64,000 nt of DNA from contig AP026679.1 in assembly GCA_025999155.1 (NCBI GenBank), positions 227,996 through 291,995 on the forward strand. The letters are read 5' to 3'. This DNA is from Candidatus Dojkabacteria bacterium (GTDB lineage Bacteria; Patescibacteriota; Dojkabacteria; JAOAGR01). Under the pieces are notes generated by a model. It was given only the letters and a program-made list of their open reading frames with translations. It was not told the DNA's origin and ran no database searches. Both the position numbers and the translations under genes were made by a program. Each line of letters opens with the position of its first letter. The first letter of the stretch is position 1. Positions 29,511 through 39,912 of the stretch are shown one piece after another.

Positions 29511-31049
29511 ATGTCAGCGACAGGAATACCTCATACAGTTCAAACACTAGAGACGACAACTGGATCTCCGGATCGATCCAATGGTGCGACCCCTGCAGGA
29601 AGCGCTTTGCGTCGTCCAGAAAGTCAGCTTATGTTAGGGATTTTAAACGATAGCAGAAAGCAGGCTGAAGAAGTATTAAGTGCGTTAAGTCTGGACAACC
29701 CGATAGTCAATCGTCTATTGAATGTATTGGAATCAGGATATATATCTTTACGACCACTACAGACTATTATGGAAAGACATTTGGAAGGTGGAAACTTGAT
29801 TGGGAAAGGACCACAGGTCATACGAACTGTCCTTGCAGGTATAACTGGGGATGTAATTCTGTACTCTGGTGCGAAGGAACTTCTGATTACAGAGGTAAAC
29901 AGAATAGGATCTATAGCTCAAACAACTTCGGAATTACAAAATCAAGTTGATGCCTTATTGCTAGAAGCTGGGTTACAAGTTCCAACAACAAAAGAAAAGA
30001 ATTTAGGCATACCAAAACTAGATGTTTATCGATATAACTTACTCGAATTGGTAGCCGAAAGATTAAGAGGCGTAGAGACGATGACGTATGGGGAAGTCCT
30101 TCTGAACAAAACAGAAGCAATTGCAGCCGCGGTTGGATCTGTCAAGGATGTGTACAGTAAGGGAATAGGACGTGTTGTAGAAGTTTATGAAAATGTTGCA
30201 AGTTCTATGCAGAATCTATATGGACACGTACCGCGAAAAAACTCTTTCTTTAGAGAATTATTAAGCAGGATAAGAAGTGTGTTTAAATCTAGGGAGGAAT
30301 TGATGCTTAACGCAATGCTTTACACTGTAGAGGGTGATATCAAGTCAATTCTGGATACAAATATCGGAGATGTTATTAGCAGCGGGATTCCGGAAAGTTT
30401 GTATGAACTTCATAGAAGAATTAAAGATATGGAAATAAGTGATATGACTCCAACTGAGGAAGAAATATATGGCAAAATGCTCATGGTACCGGGACCGAGT
30501 CGTCGGCTACCGATACCAAAGGTACTTCAGGATCTAGCTGAAAGTTTTGGCAAGTCCGTTGATAAGCCTGATCATAATCCTCTGCCTCTTCGTGACGGTT
30601 ACGGTATAATGCATAGGATAAGTCAACATTTTGATCACTTGAATCAATACGTGGAAGTATTGCGGAATGATGAGGATTTTGCTAATTCTACTAGAACATT
30701 TATCGAAAAATTTGTTCAAGCTTTATCATCAGATAACCAGAAAATTCAGAATATTATCGAGAAACTTGAATCAAGGATCTCACAATTAGAAGACGTTATA
30801 ACACTAGCCTCTAATAAAAAGAATGAAAAAGTGTTACAAAGAGCACAGGCGATGCATGCAAATTATTCGAGGCTTGTCGAAACACTTAGACAAGGAGTGA
30901 CATCACAAGACCAAAGCGAATCAAATATTAATATTGGAGATACTTTAGTAAACATACAAAAGAACATAGGACAAGTAAATAAAGAGCTTGGTAACTATGA
31001 CATGCATACGCAAGCAATATTACAAATAGAGGGTGTACGTGGAAGATAA
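29511..31049 (+). CDS. hypothetical alpha-helical protein (orphan, GC-richer than surroundings)
   Basis: It is a 512-aa ORF with no recognisable motif. An extremely AT-rich promoter region precedes it and a strong terminator follows. Confidence 0.5.
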   Translation: MSATGIPHTVQTLETTTGSPDRSNGATPAGSALRRPESQLMLGILNDSRKQAEEVLSALSLDNPIVNRLLNVLESGYISLRPLQTIMERHLEGGNLIGKGPQVIRTVLAGITGDVILYSGAKELLITEVNRIGSIAQTTSELQNQVDALLLEAGLQVPTTKEKNLGIPKLDVYRYNLLELVAERLRGVETMTYGEVLLNKTEAIAAAVGSVKDVYSKGIGRVVEVYENVASSMQNLYGHVPRKNSFFRELLSRIRSVFKSREELMLNAMLYTVEGDIKSILDTNIGDVISSGIPESLYELHRRIKDMEISDMTPTEEEIYGKMLMVPGPSRRLPIPKVLQDLAESFGKSVDKPDHNPLPLRDGYGIMHRISQHFDHLNQYVEVLRNDEDFANSTRTFIEKFVQALSSDNQKIQNIIEKLESRISQLEDVITLASNKKNEKVLQRAQAMHANYSRLVETLRQGVTSQDQSESNINIGDTLVNIQKNIGQVNKELGNYDMHTQAILQIEGVRGR

Positions 31050-31131
31050 TCGAAATCAAGATTATATCAAGATTATTATGTATAACCATAACTCATACAT
31101 GTAAATACTTCCAACAGTCCAATTAAAAAAA

Positions 31132-31168
31132 AGACGAGATTGTGCCATATCATGATCTCGTCTTTTTG
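31132..31168 (+). terminator. rho-independent terminator
   Basis: AGACGAGAT-(14-nt loop)-ATCTCGTCT followed by TTTTTGTTTTT. Confidence 0.7.
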
Positions 31169-31368
31169 TTTTTATATTGTTCTATTTCAATTAAGACCTG
31201 TTTATATATATAAATACTAGGGGAAATTATAAGTATAAGATGTAAAAATTCTAAGTATTCTATGAATTAGCTCTCACATCATTTCACTCTCAGTTTCGTA
31301 ACAAATATATGTTGTGAGTATTGCCCAGTCATCCACAAAACCGTTCTACTCTCTTTTTCACATACCTA

Positions 31369-31402
31369 AACTGAGTATAAGGGATATTATACTCAGTTTT
31401 TA
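31369..31402 (+). terminator. orphan rho-independent terminator (no upstream CDS); possible 3' end of a small RNA
   Basis: CTGAGTATA-agggatatt-TATACTCAG followed by TTTTT. It lies in a 470-nt gene-free stretch. Confidence 0.4.
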
Positions 31403-31641
31403 TATATCTTTATACACAGAGATCCACAACAGTGTTAATTAAAACCGTCAACAAAGATTCTCTACTTCTATGTAAAATAAAGAATTTTTCGGGCACTTAG
31501 TGAATACACTTGTAATGTAACAAGGAACGCGTATAAAAATAGGGATGCATCCAAAGAAAGATAAAAACTAGATAATGTAAAATAAAAAAGAGAAAATTAG
31601 GCATCACTCCCTACTCTGGAAAATCTATTTACTAAAACTTA

Positions 31642-32421
31642 TTAAAAAGAGGAAAAATATAGTAACGCGCCAACCAGAATTGCTTCCAAGATAGTCATGA
31701 AAAAATCAGGTAGGGATACAACTTTCCGAAAAGAATATAGGGAAATCACACTAAAATTATGAAAAAGTATACCTAATATCATAGCAACTAGAATTTGATT
31801 ATACGGCTTGATCAAGCCACTCATAAATAATAGACATAATATCAGAATAACGAACACATAGAGCAATACAGTATAAACAATACGTCCATTATCAAGTTCA
31901 TTAATCAAAGCAAAAATTATATATAAAAGTATAAAAACAGGAACAGTAAGTAATAATTTCACTACTAAAGATAATTCTCCTACTAAAAAGAACGCTAATA
32001 CAGCAAGAAAAAATATAACTACAGTATAAAAATGGTTTACCGTAAGAGCTGCTTTGGATAATCCAATATTTTTAAAATGCGATAGATTTAATATATTTTG
32101 TGTCAGAACAATGTAATACTGAGCAAGAATAAAAGCAAGCGTAAAAAGTAATCTGTATAAAAAACTAAATTCTTTCAAGAGATTATAATAAATCAACAAA
32201 TACACACCTAAATGAAAAGCTGGCAACAAGAGAATTGTCAGAAAGCCTTTTGGATGTAAATCAAAGTCAAATAACCAATAATTAATAAAGTAATTCATAA
32301 TCACCATAAAAAATATTGTCCCATACAGTACAAAACCTTCTAATCGGGAATTCTCCAAAAAGAAAATACACACAAAGACAAAAAAAAGAACACTCAAAAT
32401 ACTTTTAAGGCGAAAACTCAT
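31642..32421 (-). CDS. polytopic membrane protein, hypothetical
   Basis: About 8 hydrophobic helices. No motif. Confidence 0.5.
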   Translation of the reverse strand: MSFRLKSILSVLFFVFVCIFFLENSRLEGFVLYGTIFFMVIMNYFINYWLFDFDLHPKGFLTILLLPAFHLGVYLLIYYNLLKEFSFLYRLLFTLAFILAQYYIVLTQNILNLSHFKNIGLSKAALTVNHFYTVVIFFLAVLAFFLVGELSLVVKLLLTVPVFILLYIIFALINELDNGRIVYTVLLYVFVILILCLLFMSGLIKPYNQILVAMILGILFHNFSVISLYSFRKVVSLPDFFMTILEAILVGALLYFSSF

Positions 32422-32493
32422 ATAGACTCATTTCAACAAAATTAAAAACATACTTCACAAGCCTAAAACGATTATATAACATTTTCCTGAGTA

Positions 32494-33561
32494 TTACATA
32501 AGACCATACAAAGAAGACAAATTTGAAATGTACTCCCTACCCTTTTCTGTTAATACCCTACCTTTTACAGTTCTTTTCAGAAAACCAATCTTTATTAAAT
32601 AAGGTTCATATATATCTTCGATTGTTCTTACATCTTCATAGAGAGCAGAAGAAATATTTGATATACCAACAGGACCTCCGCCAAAATGCTTTTCAAGAAC
32701 ATATAAATATTTACGCATTACCAACTCTAAACCGTATTCATCGATATCCAAATTATTAAAAGTATGTAAGACTACTTCATACGAAATACAATCTCTGCGT
32801 AATTCTAATGCATAATCTCGTGCTCTTTTCAGATTACGAATAGCAAGTCTTGCCGTACCTCTAGACCGCCTTGCAATTTCAGTGGCAGCCTCTTCATCAA
32901 TTTTTATATTAAGATCTTTCGCGTATTTTGTGACAATCAATGATAAATCATGAACATCAAAAAAATCCACTTTAAACGTCATCCCAAACCTATCACGCAA
33001 AGGAGCACTAACTAAGCCAATTTGAGTGGTAGCACCAATTAGGGTAAATTTTGGTACTTTAACTTGAACTATTTGCGTCATAGAACCCTTACCTATGGCA
33101 ATATCCATTTTGAAGTCTTCTAAAATCGGGTACAAAAATTCTTCTAACACCTTACTTAATCGATGAATTTCATCAATAAAAAGCACATCTCCCTCTTTCA
33201 AATTCGTAATAATAGAAGCCATTTCTGCTTTTGATGTCAAAGTAGGTCCAGAAGTTAAAATAAAATGAGTACCGATTTCATTTGCTATTGCATAACCAAA
33301 AGTCGTCTTACCTAAACCAGGAGGTCCATAAAAAAGTAAATGTTCAAGTACATCCCCCCTACTTTTGGATGAATTAATCAAGGTTTTCAGTTTTGCCTTA
33401 ATATCATGACGCCCAACAATTTCGTCAATCTTATGAACCCGAATAATATCTTGATTACGATTACTTGAATTTATATCTTTGTTGCCCCCCCAATTATCGT
33501 GATCCGTGTCGTTAGTTTGTTTCTGATTTTTATACACATCCTTGCCAAATACTATAGCCAT
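32494..33561 (-). CDS. ruvB: Holliday junction branch-migration ATPase RuvB
   Basis: Walker A GPPGLGKTT, the AAA+ RuvB core and a C-terminal winged helix. It has a ~50-aa N-terminal extension. Confidence 0.9.
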   Translation of the reverse strand: MAIVFGKDVYKNQKQTNDTDHDNWGGNKDINSSNRNQDIIRVHKIDEIVGRHDIKAKLKTLINSSKSRGDVLEHLLFYGPPGLGKTTFGYAIANEIGTHFILTSGPTLTSKAEMASIITNLKEGDVLFIDEIHRLSKVLEEFLYPILEDFKMDIAIGKGSMTQIVQVKVPKFTLIGATTQIGLVSAPLRDRFGMTFKVDFFDVHDLSLIVTKYAKDLNIKIDEEAATEIARRSRGTARLAIRNLKRARDYALELRRDCISYEVVLHTFNNLDIDEYGLELVMRKYLYVLEKHFGGGPVGISNISSALYEDVRTIEDIYEPYLIKIGFLKRTVKGRVLTEKGREYISNLSSLYGLM

Positions 33562-33572
33562 ACCTTTTACCT

Positions 33573-34169
33573 TTACTTTGTTGTACTAATATTTTTCAAT
33601 ACATATTCTATTACTTCTTTTGTATCAAGAGAACACAAATATTCGTAATTTTTTAAAATAAAATCTTCTAATTCATACTGACTAAAACCAAACTCTTTTA
33701 ATGCTGAGATTATCAGACGAAACTTATTTTTGATGTCAATAGGAGCTGACTGCATCATTTGCTCAAATCCTCCTTCATCTTTAGTTATTATTGAAAGACC
33801 AAACATAAATTTTTGAGCAGTCTTTTTACCTACTCCACTTACTTGCATTAATTTATCTAAAGTAATATTTGATAAATCTGATATATTTTTGATAGATAAT
33901 TGATGCATAATCTGGAAAATCTGTTTAGCTCCTACACCTTTTATATTGATTAGTTTATCAAAAAGCAGCTTTTCTTCGATGCTAGCAAAGCCATACAACT
34001 CTTCGCTAAATTCGCTTCTTTTTACTGTTATAAAAAGATTTATTTGTTTTTTTACATCTTCGCTAGCGAATGTGTTTTTAAAATTAATAGCGTATCCAAT
34101 ACCCGATATCTCAACAATCACCTTATCCGAACAAAACCAAATTATTCTTCCTCTAATATAAGCTATCAT
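33573..34169 (-). CDS. ruvA: Holliday junction DNA-binding protein RuvA
   Basis: An N-terminal OB domain IAYIRGRI...GIGYAI and HhH motifs IKGVGAKQ. Confidence 0.85.
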   Translation of the reverse strand: MIAYIRGRIIWFCSDKVIVEISGIGYAINFKNTFASEDVKKQINLFITVKRSEFSEELYGFASIEEKLLFDKLINIKGVGAKQIFQIMHQLSIKNISDLSNITLDKLMQVSGVGKKTAQKFMFGLSIITKDEGGFEQMMQSAPIDIKNKFRLIISALKEFGFSQYELEDFILKNYEYLCSLDTKEVIEYVLKNISTTK

Positions 34170-34173
34170 CGAT

Positions 34174-34653
34174 TTAAATATGCAAAAAATTACTTAATCG
34201 TGTGTTTTGAGCTCCATATAATGCTAATGAAATAGCATCTAGCTCATCGTCAATATAATCTTCCAAATTCACTCCTAACCGAAGAGAAAGAGCTTTCTTG
34301 ATATCCTCTTTAGTAGCTTTACCAAATCCTGTTATATCTTTTTTCATTTTTGAAGGTTCAATCTCATATATAACAGTGTCAGCAAAAATCTCTAAAACAA
34401 CACCTTTTGACATGCATATTTTTTCAAACACTTTATTTCTACGATAAAAAAATAATTTTTCAATACAAACCCCAACAGGAAAATATTTATTCTGAATATA
34501 CAACATATCTTCTCTTAAAACACGCAAGCGTTTTATAAACGATAACTCTCTATCAGTTAAAATAACTCCAGAATCCATTACATTCATAGTATTGACATCT
34601 ACTACTGCAAAACCGCAACGATCATAACCTACATCTATACCTAAAATGGTCAT
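34174..34653 (-). CDS. ruvC: crossover junction endodeoxyribonuclease RuvC
   Basis: ILGIDVGYDRCGFAV carries the RNase H-like catalytic Asp. Confidence 0.85.
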   Translation of the reverse strand: MTILGIDVGYDRCGFAVVDVNTMNVMDSGVILTDRELSFIKRLRVLREDMLYIQNKYFPVGVCIEKLFFYRRNKVFEKICMSKGVVLEIFADTVIYEIEPSKMKKDITGFGKATKEDIKKALSLRLGVNLEDYIDDELDAISLALYGAQNTRLSNFLHI

Positions 34654-34669
34654 AAGACATTATATACCC

Positions 34670-36190
34670 TTATTTAGAAAGATTCATTGATTGTCTAATT
34701 TTTTGATATTGCAGAAAATTGATTACGAACCAGGCTGAAAATAAACCAAGCAGCACAAATACTATTGTATTATTATTAAATAGATCTGTTTTTATGATAA
34801 AACTTTTCCCCAGTAAATTATTAAAATACACTAACAGTTCATACAGCATATCTGTCATAAATAACAGTATTTTTGAGAGAAAAAAGACTATTCCTTCTAA
34901 CATAGTTAGACCAAAAATTTCAACAAATAGCATCACAATACTGATAGTAAAGCCGCAAACAACTATGATTTCAAGAATTGGGAAAAAAAGAATATTTGAT
35001 ATGACTCCTGTCAAATTAACCGATTTGAAAAAATAGCCTGACACAACACCTGTTAGTCCTACTACTAAAACAGCAGAAAGCAAATTAGATAACAAAGACT
35101 CTTCAGAAATATCCAACAATTGAATCAAATCTGAATACATCATTAGTGCCCAAACTGCTGTAATAGATAATATAAAACTAAACGAAAATACTAAAGACGG
35201 TGACGCAAAAAGCATACACAAAGCTACCAAAGACATTTTACCCAAAGGATGTAACTTTCTCCCGACGATTGATTCCAAATTAAAAAATATCCAAAAAACA
35301 AAGGCCCGTGTTAAAGAGCCCTCCAAACCTACAACCAATAAATAAGTAGTAATGGTAATTAGATAAAATCCATTACGTATAAATTTGTTCTTCAGAATAG
35401 ATATCAGACCTTTTTCAAAAATGTACTTTATTACAAGCAAAACCATTACTATATTTGCCCCGCTAGCTACCAAAACATGTCCTAATCCTAATTGATTAAA
35501 CAATTTTTTATCTTCCGGAGATATTTGATCCCTTACCCCAAACAACATAGCACTTAAAATACTAGACCTGCCAGCATAATATTTTTCCATCGTTTCGTTA
35601 ATTAAACTTCTGATTTTATACACCGCTAACGAAATAAAATTCTCTTGTGAAGTAGTTTCATATTTATCCTGAAAACTAATAGCGTAAGAAAAACCCGTAG
35701 AGCGAGTTACATGGTCTAGATTTTTAAAGCAAATATACTCAAAAGAATGCAACTTCAGTAATCGAGTATCAACGTTTCGGATTACAACCGTACGAGTAAA
35801 ATGTTTATTATCAAAATTAACAAAAATTAAATTTATATCATTTTTATCAATATTTTGCACGACACCACATAATTCTGCGAGAGAAATATGTTGTCGTGTT
35901 TGTGGACCAATATAAAATGAAGTTATAAAAATAATAAGTAATATCCATACTATAATAACGAATATTTTAAAAACTGGGTTATCATTAAGAAAAAAAGAAA
36001 TATAGCCTAATAAAAAACTGAAGATTAACCATAAATAATTCCCAGAATCAGTGAAAATAAAAAAAGCCAACAGACTCCCAAAAAAATATATTCCGGGCGT
36101 AGTAAAATAACTCTTCTTCAAACACCAGTCAAAAAAATCTGCAAATACTTGCAATTTAGATTTGAGATTTTGTGAAATAATGTATTCCAA
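34670..36190 (-). CDS. comEC: DNA internalisation channel ComEC/Rec2 (competence domain only, no MBL domain)
   Basis: A polytopic membrane protein with LGLGHVLVASGANIVMV, the core motif of the Competence domain. Confidence 0.75.
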   Translation of the reverse strand: MEYIISQNLKSKLQVFADFFDWCLKKSYFTTPGIYFFGSLLAFFIFTDSGNYLWLIFSFLLGYISFFLNDNPVFKIFVIIVWILLIIFITSFYIGPQTRQHISLAELCGVVQNIDKNDINLIFVNFDNKHFTRTVVIRNVDTRLLKLHSFEYICFKNLDHVTRSTGFSYAISFQDKYETTSQENFISLAVYKIRSLINETMEKYYAGRSSILSAMLFGVRDQISPEDKKLFNQLGLGHVLVASGANIVMVLLVIKYIFEKGLISILKNKFIRNGFYLITITTYLLVVGLEGSLTRAFVFWIFFNLESIVGRKLHPLGKMSLVALCMLFASPSLVFSFSFILSITAVWALMMYSDLIQLLDISEESLLSNLLSAVLVVGLTGVVSGYFFKSVNLTGVISNILFFPILEIIVVCGFTISIVMLFVEIFGLTMLEGIVFFLSKILLFMTDMLYELLVYFNNLLGKSFIIKTDLFNNNTIVFVLLGLFSAWFVINFLQYQKIRQSMNLSK

Positions 36191-36244
36191 AGCTAATTAA
36201 ATTTCACGTAGAGAACAATTTATTATCTGCTTACAGAACACTTA

Positions 36245-36910
36245 TCAAGTGGTAATTTTATCCTTTATCTTGTCAAATTGCGACTTCGTAACAACTTTCT
36301 TAGTTAAAAGTTCGTCAATAGAATTATAAGGACGGCTAGATATAATTTTATCTGCCGTTACTTCCCCTACACCAGGTAAATCGATTAACTCTTTACGAGA
36401 AGCTGTATTAATGTTTATCAATCCTGATTGCGTATATACACCAAGTACTCCACCAGAGTCCTGAGGAGTATCACCTTGCGATGAATTAGTGTTAGGAGAT
36501 ACAGCAGCCATCAAATCCTCCACAGTAGGAATATATATTTTCATACCATCTGATATTTTTTGAGCCTTATTAATATTCTTGTCAAAATATTTTGCATCAA
36601 CACTCTCAGTAAGGCCCCCAGCTTTTTCTATCACTTCAATTACTCTTGCATTCTCTTGCATCTCATATACTCCAGGGTTTCTAACTGCACCACCTATATC
36701 TACTATTACAGTCTTTGCTACGTCTGAAAAAGCATTAGTTTCATCAGAAGATGCTATATTTGATTTTAAATCAGGCTTCTGATTCTGATTTAGGTTCGAA
36801 TTTTTTGATACCAAATAGAACCCGAAAGCCAGCAGTGCAATTATAAGCACTATATTTATTATCTTTATAAGTGATCGCTTCTGATCACTCGAAGTATTTA
36901 CAATGTCCAT
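36245..36910 (-). CDS. comEA: competence protein ComEA (membrane-anchored DNA receptor)
   Basis: N-terminal TM, an SLBB-like domain, and a C-terminal tandem HhH ININTASRKELIDLPGVGEVTADKII. Confidence 0.85.
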   Translation of the reverse strand: MDIVNTSSDQKRSLIKIINIVLIIALLAFGFYLVSKNSNLNQNQKPDLKSNIASSDETNAFSDVAKTVIVDIGGAVRNPGVYEMQENARVIEVIEKAGGLTESVDAKYFDKNINKAQKISDGMKIYIPTVEDLMAAVSPNTNSSQGDTPQDSGGVLGVYTQSGLININTASRKELIDLPGVGEVTADKIISSRPYNSIDELLTKKVVTKSQFDKIKDKITT

Positions 36911-36925
36911 GTGATAATTATTATA

Positions 36926-38008
36926 CTAAGTCACATCGACATTTTCATCAGCATAAAATTTCTTAATTCTATCTTCTGTAAAACCTTTCATGTGCACTTC
37001 AACCGTTAACCTGATACCAATTTTATCAGCTTCTGTCCAGATTTTATCTACGACTGCATAGTAATCTTCTGCAGTACCGTTACCAACATTCATTATGATG
37101 TTTTTATTGATTTGAACCTGTCCAGGCGGAGTTTTTTCTGGTACCATAATATCCCCTACTCTATAACCGGACAAGTTAAGTACATGTTCGATCAAATATG
37201 CTACTGAATTGGTGGGTAATCCTAATTTTTCCTGCTGAGCTTTTGTAAGATTTAAAAAAACTGAACCTAACGAATTTTTTGGTTGAGAAGCTTTTTTTTG
37301 TGCCCACATAGTTGCTGCCCTTTGAGCACGATTTTTATCACCTAATCGTAAAAGAAAATTCACGGTTATAACGACAGATTTTGAATGTTGAAGTTTGCTA
37401 TAACCATAATGAAAATCAAGTTCGTCATGATAAACAAGTCTAATATCGCCATTTTGATCTAATATTTCGACAGAATGTACATAATCAGAAAAATTTTTAG
37501 GACCTCCATGAATATTATTCACTACAGACGCGCCAACTGTACCGGGAATCCCTGCAAAATAATGTAAACCCACAATCCCCCTGTCATTTAGAAAATTAAT
37601 AATATATGGTAAAGGCACACCGGCATCGGCTTTCACAAGTATTTCCTCTCCTTCCGTTTCATCATATTCTATGTCAGAAATATCATAACCTGAAGATATT
37701 GTACTTGTACGAAATACTTGATGTCTCGTTTCGACTCGTTTTAATTTTACATCCCGATACAGAGATCTATCTAGACCTACCTGGATATTTTTTGATTTAA
37801 CTTGTATCAGATCACAATCAACGCCATTATCTGCAAAAAGGGTATTCGCAGACCATCCTATAATATCAAATGCTTTCCCATTTAATACATAATCTCTCAG
37901 TGTATTAACAAGCTCATCAGAAGATTCACTCACAATAAATTTTTTACATGGCCCACCTATTTTTATCCAAGAACAATCCTTTAGTAGGATGTTTTCGTAT
38001 ATTTGCAT
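36926..38008 (-). CDS. murB: UDP-N-acetylenolpyruvoylglucosamine reductase
   Basis: An FAD-binding N-terminus IGGPCKKF and a GIPGTVGASVVNNIHG motif. Confidence 0.75.
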   Translation of the reverse strand: MQIYENILLKDCSWIKIGGPCKKFIVSESSDELVNTLRDYVLNGKAFDIIGWSANTLFADNGVDCDLIQVKSKNIQVGLDRSLYRDVKLKRVETRHQVFRTSTISSGYDISDIEYDETEGEEILVKADAGVPLPYIINFLNDRGIVGLHYFAGIPGTVGASVVNNIHGGPKNFSDYVHSVEILDQNGDIRLVYHDELDFHYGYSKLQHSKSVVITVNFLLRLGDKNRAQRAATMWAQKKASQPKNSLGSVFLNLTKAQQEKLGLPTNSVAYLIEHVLNLSGYRVGDIMVPEKTPPGQVQINKNIIMNVGNGTAEDYYAVVDKIWTEADKIGIRLTVEVHMKGFTEDRIKKFYADENVDVT

Positions 38009-38101
38009 AAACTATCTTAACACAGCGATTACAAAAATAATATTATTATCACAAGTTTAACATCTGATTGAGTTTCGAATCTAATTTTCATATTCTATAT
38101 T

Positions 38102-39901
38102 GTGATAAATCTGTTTAAAACTCTAAGGACAAAGAGCATTCCAGATTTTAACCTTTCGGGACATTCTTTATGTCGTACAATCCTAATTGGAGGCGAAGCG
38201 GGTCAAGGTATCAAATCTGCAGGTCTAATTGTCTCCCACGCATTATTATTGGCAGGCTTCAACGTCAAGCTTTATGACGAATATCCATCACTTATCAGAG
38301 GCGGACATACCGATGTATTAATAACCTTTTCTGAATTCCCAGTATACGCTCCAAATAGCGAGGTTGATGTAATGGTCTGTATAGACCATAAAACGTTTAT
38401 TAATCGTAAACAAGATTTAAATTTAAATTCGATTATTTTGTATGACGAGAACGAATTTCGTTTAGATAACAACGAAACCAATGTTTATCCTTGCGAGATT
38501 TTCACCATACCTGTCAATAAGATTATCAAGACTTATAAATTACCGGCATATACAAAAAATACAATTTACCTATGTGCTTGTTTGATGACTCTCGGTATAG
38601 ATATTGACACAACAAAACAAGCCATTACAAAGGTACTCCAGAAAAAACCTGATAAGCTTAATTTAAATATCCAAGCATGTGAGCTCACTTATCAAAATCT
38701 CAATGACATTTTTGGTATAAGACAAATAAAAGTTACTAACCAAAATAATCTTAAGAAGAAAAGATTTTTCTTAAGTGGAAACGAATGTGCCGGTAGCGGT
38801 GCTATCGAGGCTCGTATGGGATTTTATGCCGCTTATCCCATGACTCCTGCATCAAGTCTTTTAGATTTTATGTTTAAGCATTACCGTACGTACAATTTTA
38901 TCGTAAAACAGACAGAAGATGAAATAGCAGCTATCAACATGGCAATTGGAGCTGCATTTGCTGGAGCAAGATCAATGGTTGGTACATCTGGAGGTGGGTT
39001 TAGTCTTATGGTGGAAGGACTTGGACTCGCAGCAATGACCGAAACCCCTCTTGTTATTTTTCTAGCTCAAAGACCAGGGCCATCCACAGGTATGCCGACT
39101 TGGACAGCTCAATCGGATTTGTTATTCGTACTCAATGCATCGCAAGATGAGTTTCCCCGTGTTGTGCTCACTCCAACAGATCATGAAGAGCTACGAGAAA
39201 TGACTTTTCTTGCTTTTAATATTGCAGAGAAATATCAAATACCGGTCTTTATACTAAGTGATAAATATCTATCTGAATCATACACAACAATTACATATCA
39301 AGATCCAAATCCTAGTAAAAAAATAGATCGAGGTTTACTACTAAACGCGTCTGCCCTTGCTAGAATTGAAAATTTTAAAAGATACGAATTTACAAATTCA
39401 GGTATATCCGCTAGATCTCTACCTGGTCAAATAAATGGTATACATCTTGCCAACAGTGACGAAAGTGATGAATACGGTTATTCCAACGAAACTTCTGAAA
39501 TACGTCGATTAAAGATGCAGAAAAGATTTAAAAAAGTAGAAAATGTCTCATCTGATTTGCCTGGTCTTAACGTGTATGGCGCTCATAAAACAAAATATTG
39601 TATTGTAACATGGGGTAGTTCCAAAGGAAGTGCTTTAGAAGCAATAAGACGTTTACAAATGATGAATAAATACATCAAATTAGTTGCATTGAATTATGTA
39701 GAGCCTCTACCAGAAAAAGATTTAATCAGTATACTCAAACCAATGAAAAAAATTTTTTTAATCGAAAATAACTACACGGGCCAATTATACAATATACTAA
39801 GGCATTTGATAGATACTAGCCTAGTAGTTAGATTTAATAAATACGATGGCAGACCAATCTTCCCCAAAGAAATAGTAGATTTTATATTAACCAGCATTTA
39901 G
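38102..39901 (+). CDS. korA: 2-oxoacid:ferredoxin oxidoreductase, fused gamma-alpha subunit
   Basis: The N-terminal ~190 aa are gamma-like (ILIGGEAGQGIKSAG). The alpha core reads GNECAGSGAIEARMGFYAAYPMTPAS. Confidence 0.8.
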   Translation: MINLFKTLRTKSIPDFNLSGHSLCRTILIGGEAGQGIKSAGLIVSHALLLAGFNVKLYDEYPSLIRGGHTDVLITFSEFPVYAPNSEVDVMVCIDHKTFINRKQDLNLNSIILYDENEFRLDNNETNVYPCEIFTIPVNKIIKTYKLPAYTKNTIYLCACLMTLGIDIDTTKQAITKVLQKKPDKLNLNIQACELTYQNLNDIFGIRQIKVTNQNNLKKKRFFLSGNECAGSGAIEARMGFYAAYPMTPASSLLDFMFKHYRTYNFIVKQTEDEIAAINMAIGAAFAGARSMVGTSGGGFSLMVEGLGLAAMTETPLVIFLAQRPGPSTGMPTWTAQSDLLFVLNASQDEFPRVVLTPTDHEELREMTFLAFNIAEKYQIPVFILSDKYLSESYTTITYQDPNPSKKIDRGLLLNASALARIENFKRYEFTNSGISARSLPGQINGIHLANSDESDEYGYSNETSEIRRLKMQKRFKKVENVSSDLPGLNVYGAHKTKYCIVTWGSSKGSALEAIRRLQMMNKYIKLVALNYVEPLPEKDLISILKPMKKIFLIENNYTGQLYNILRHLIDTSLVVRFNKYDGRPIFPKEIVDFILTSI

Positions 39902-39912
39902 AGCTAATTATT

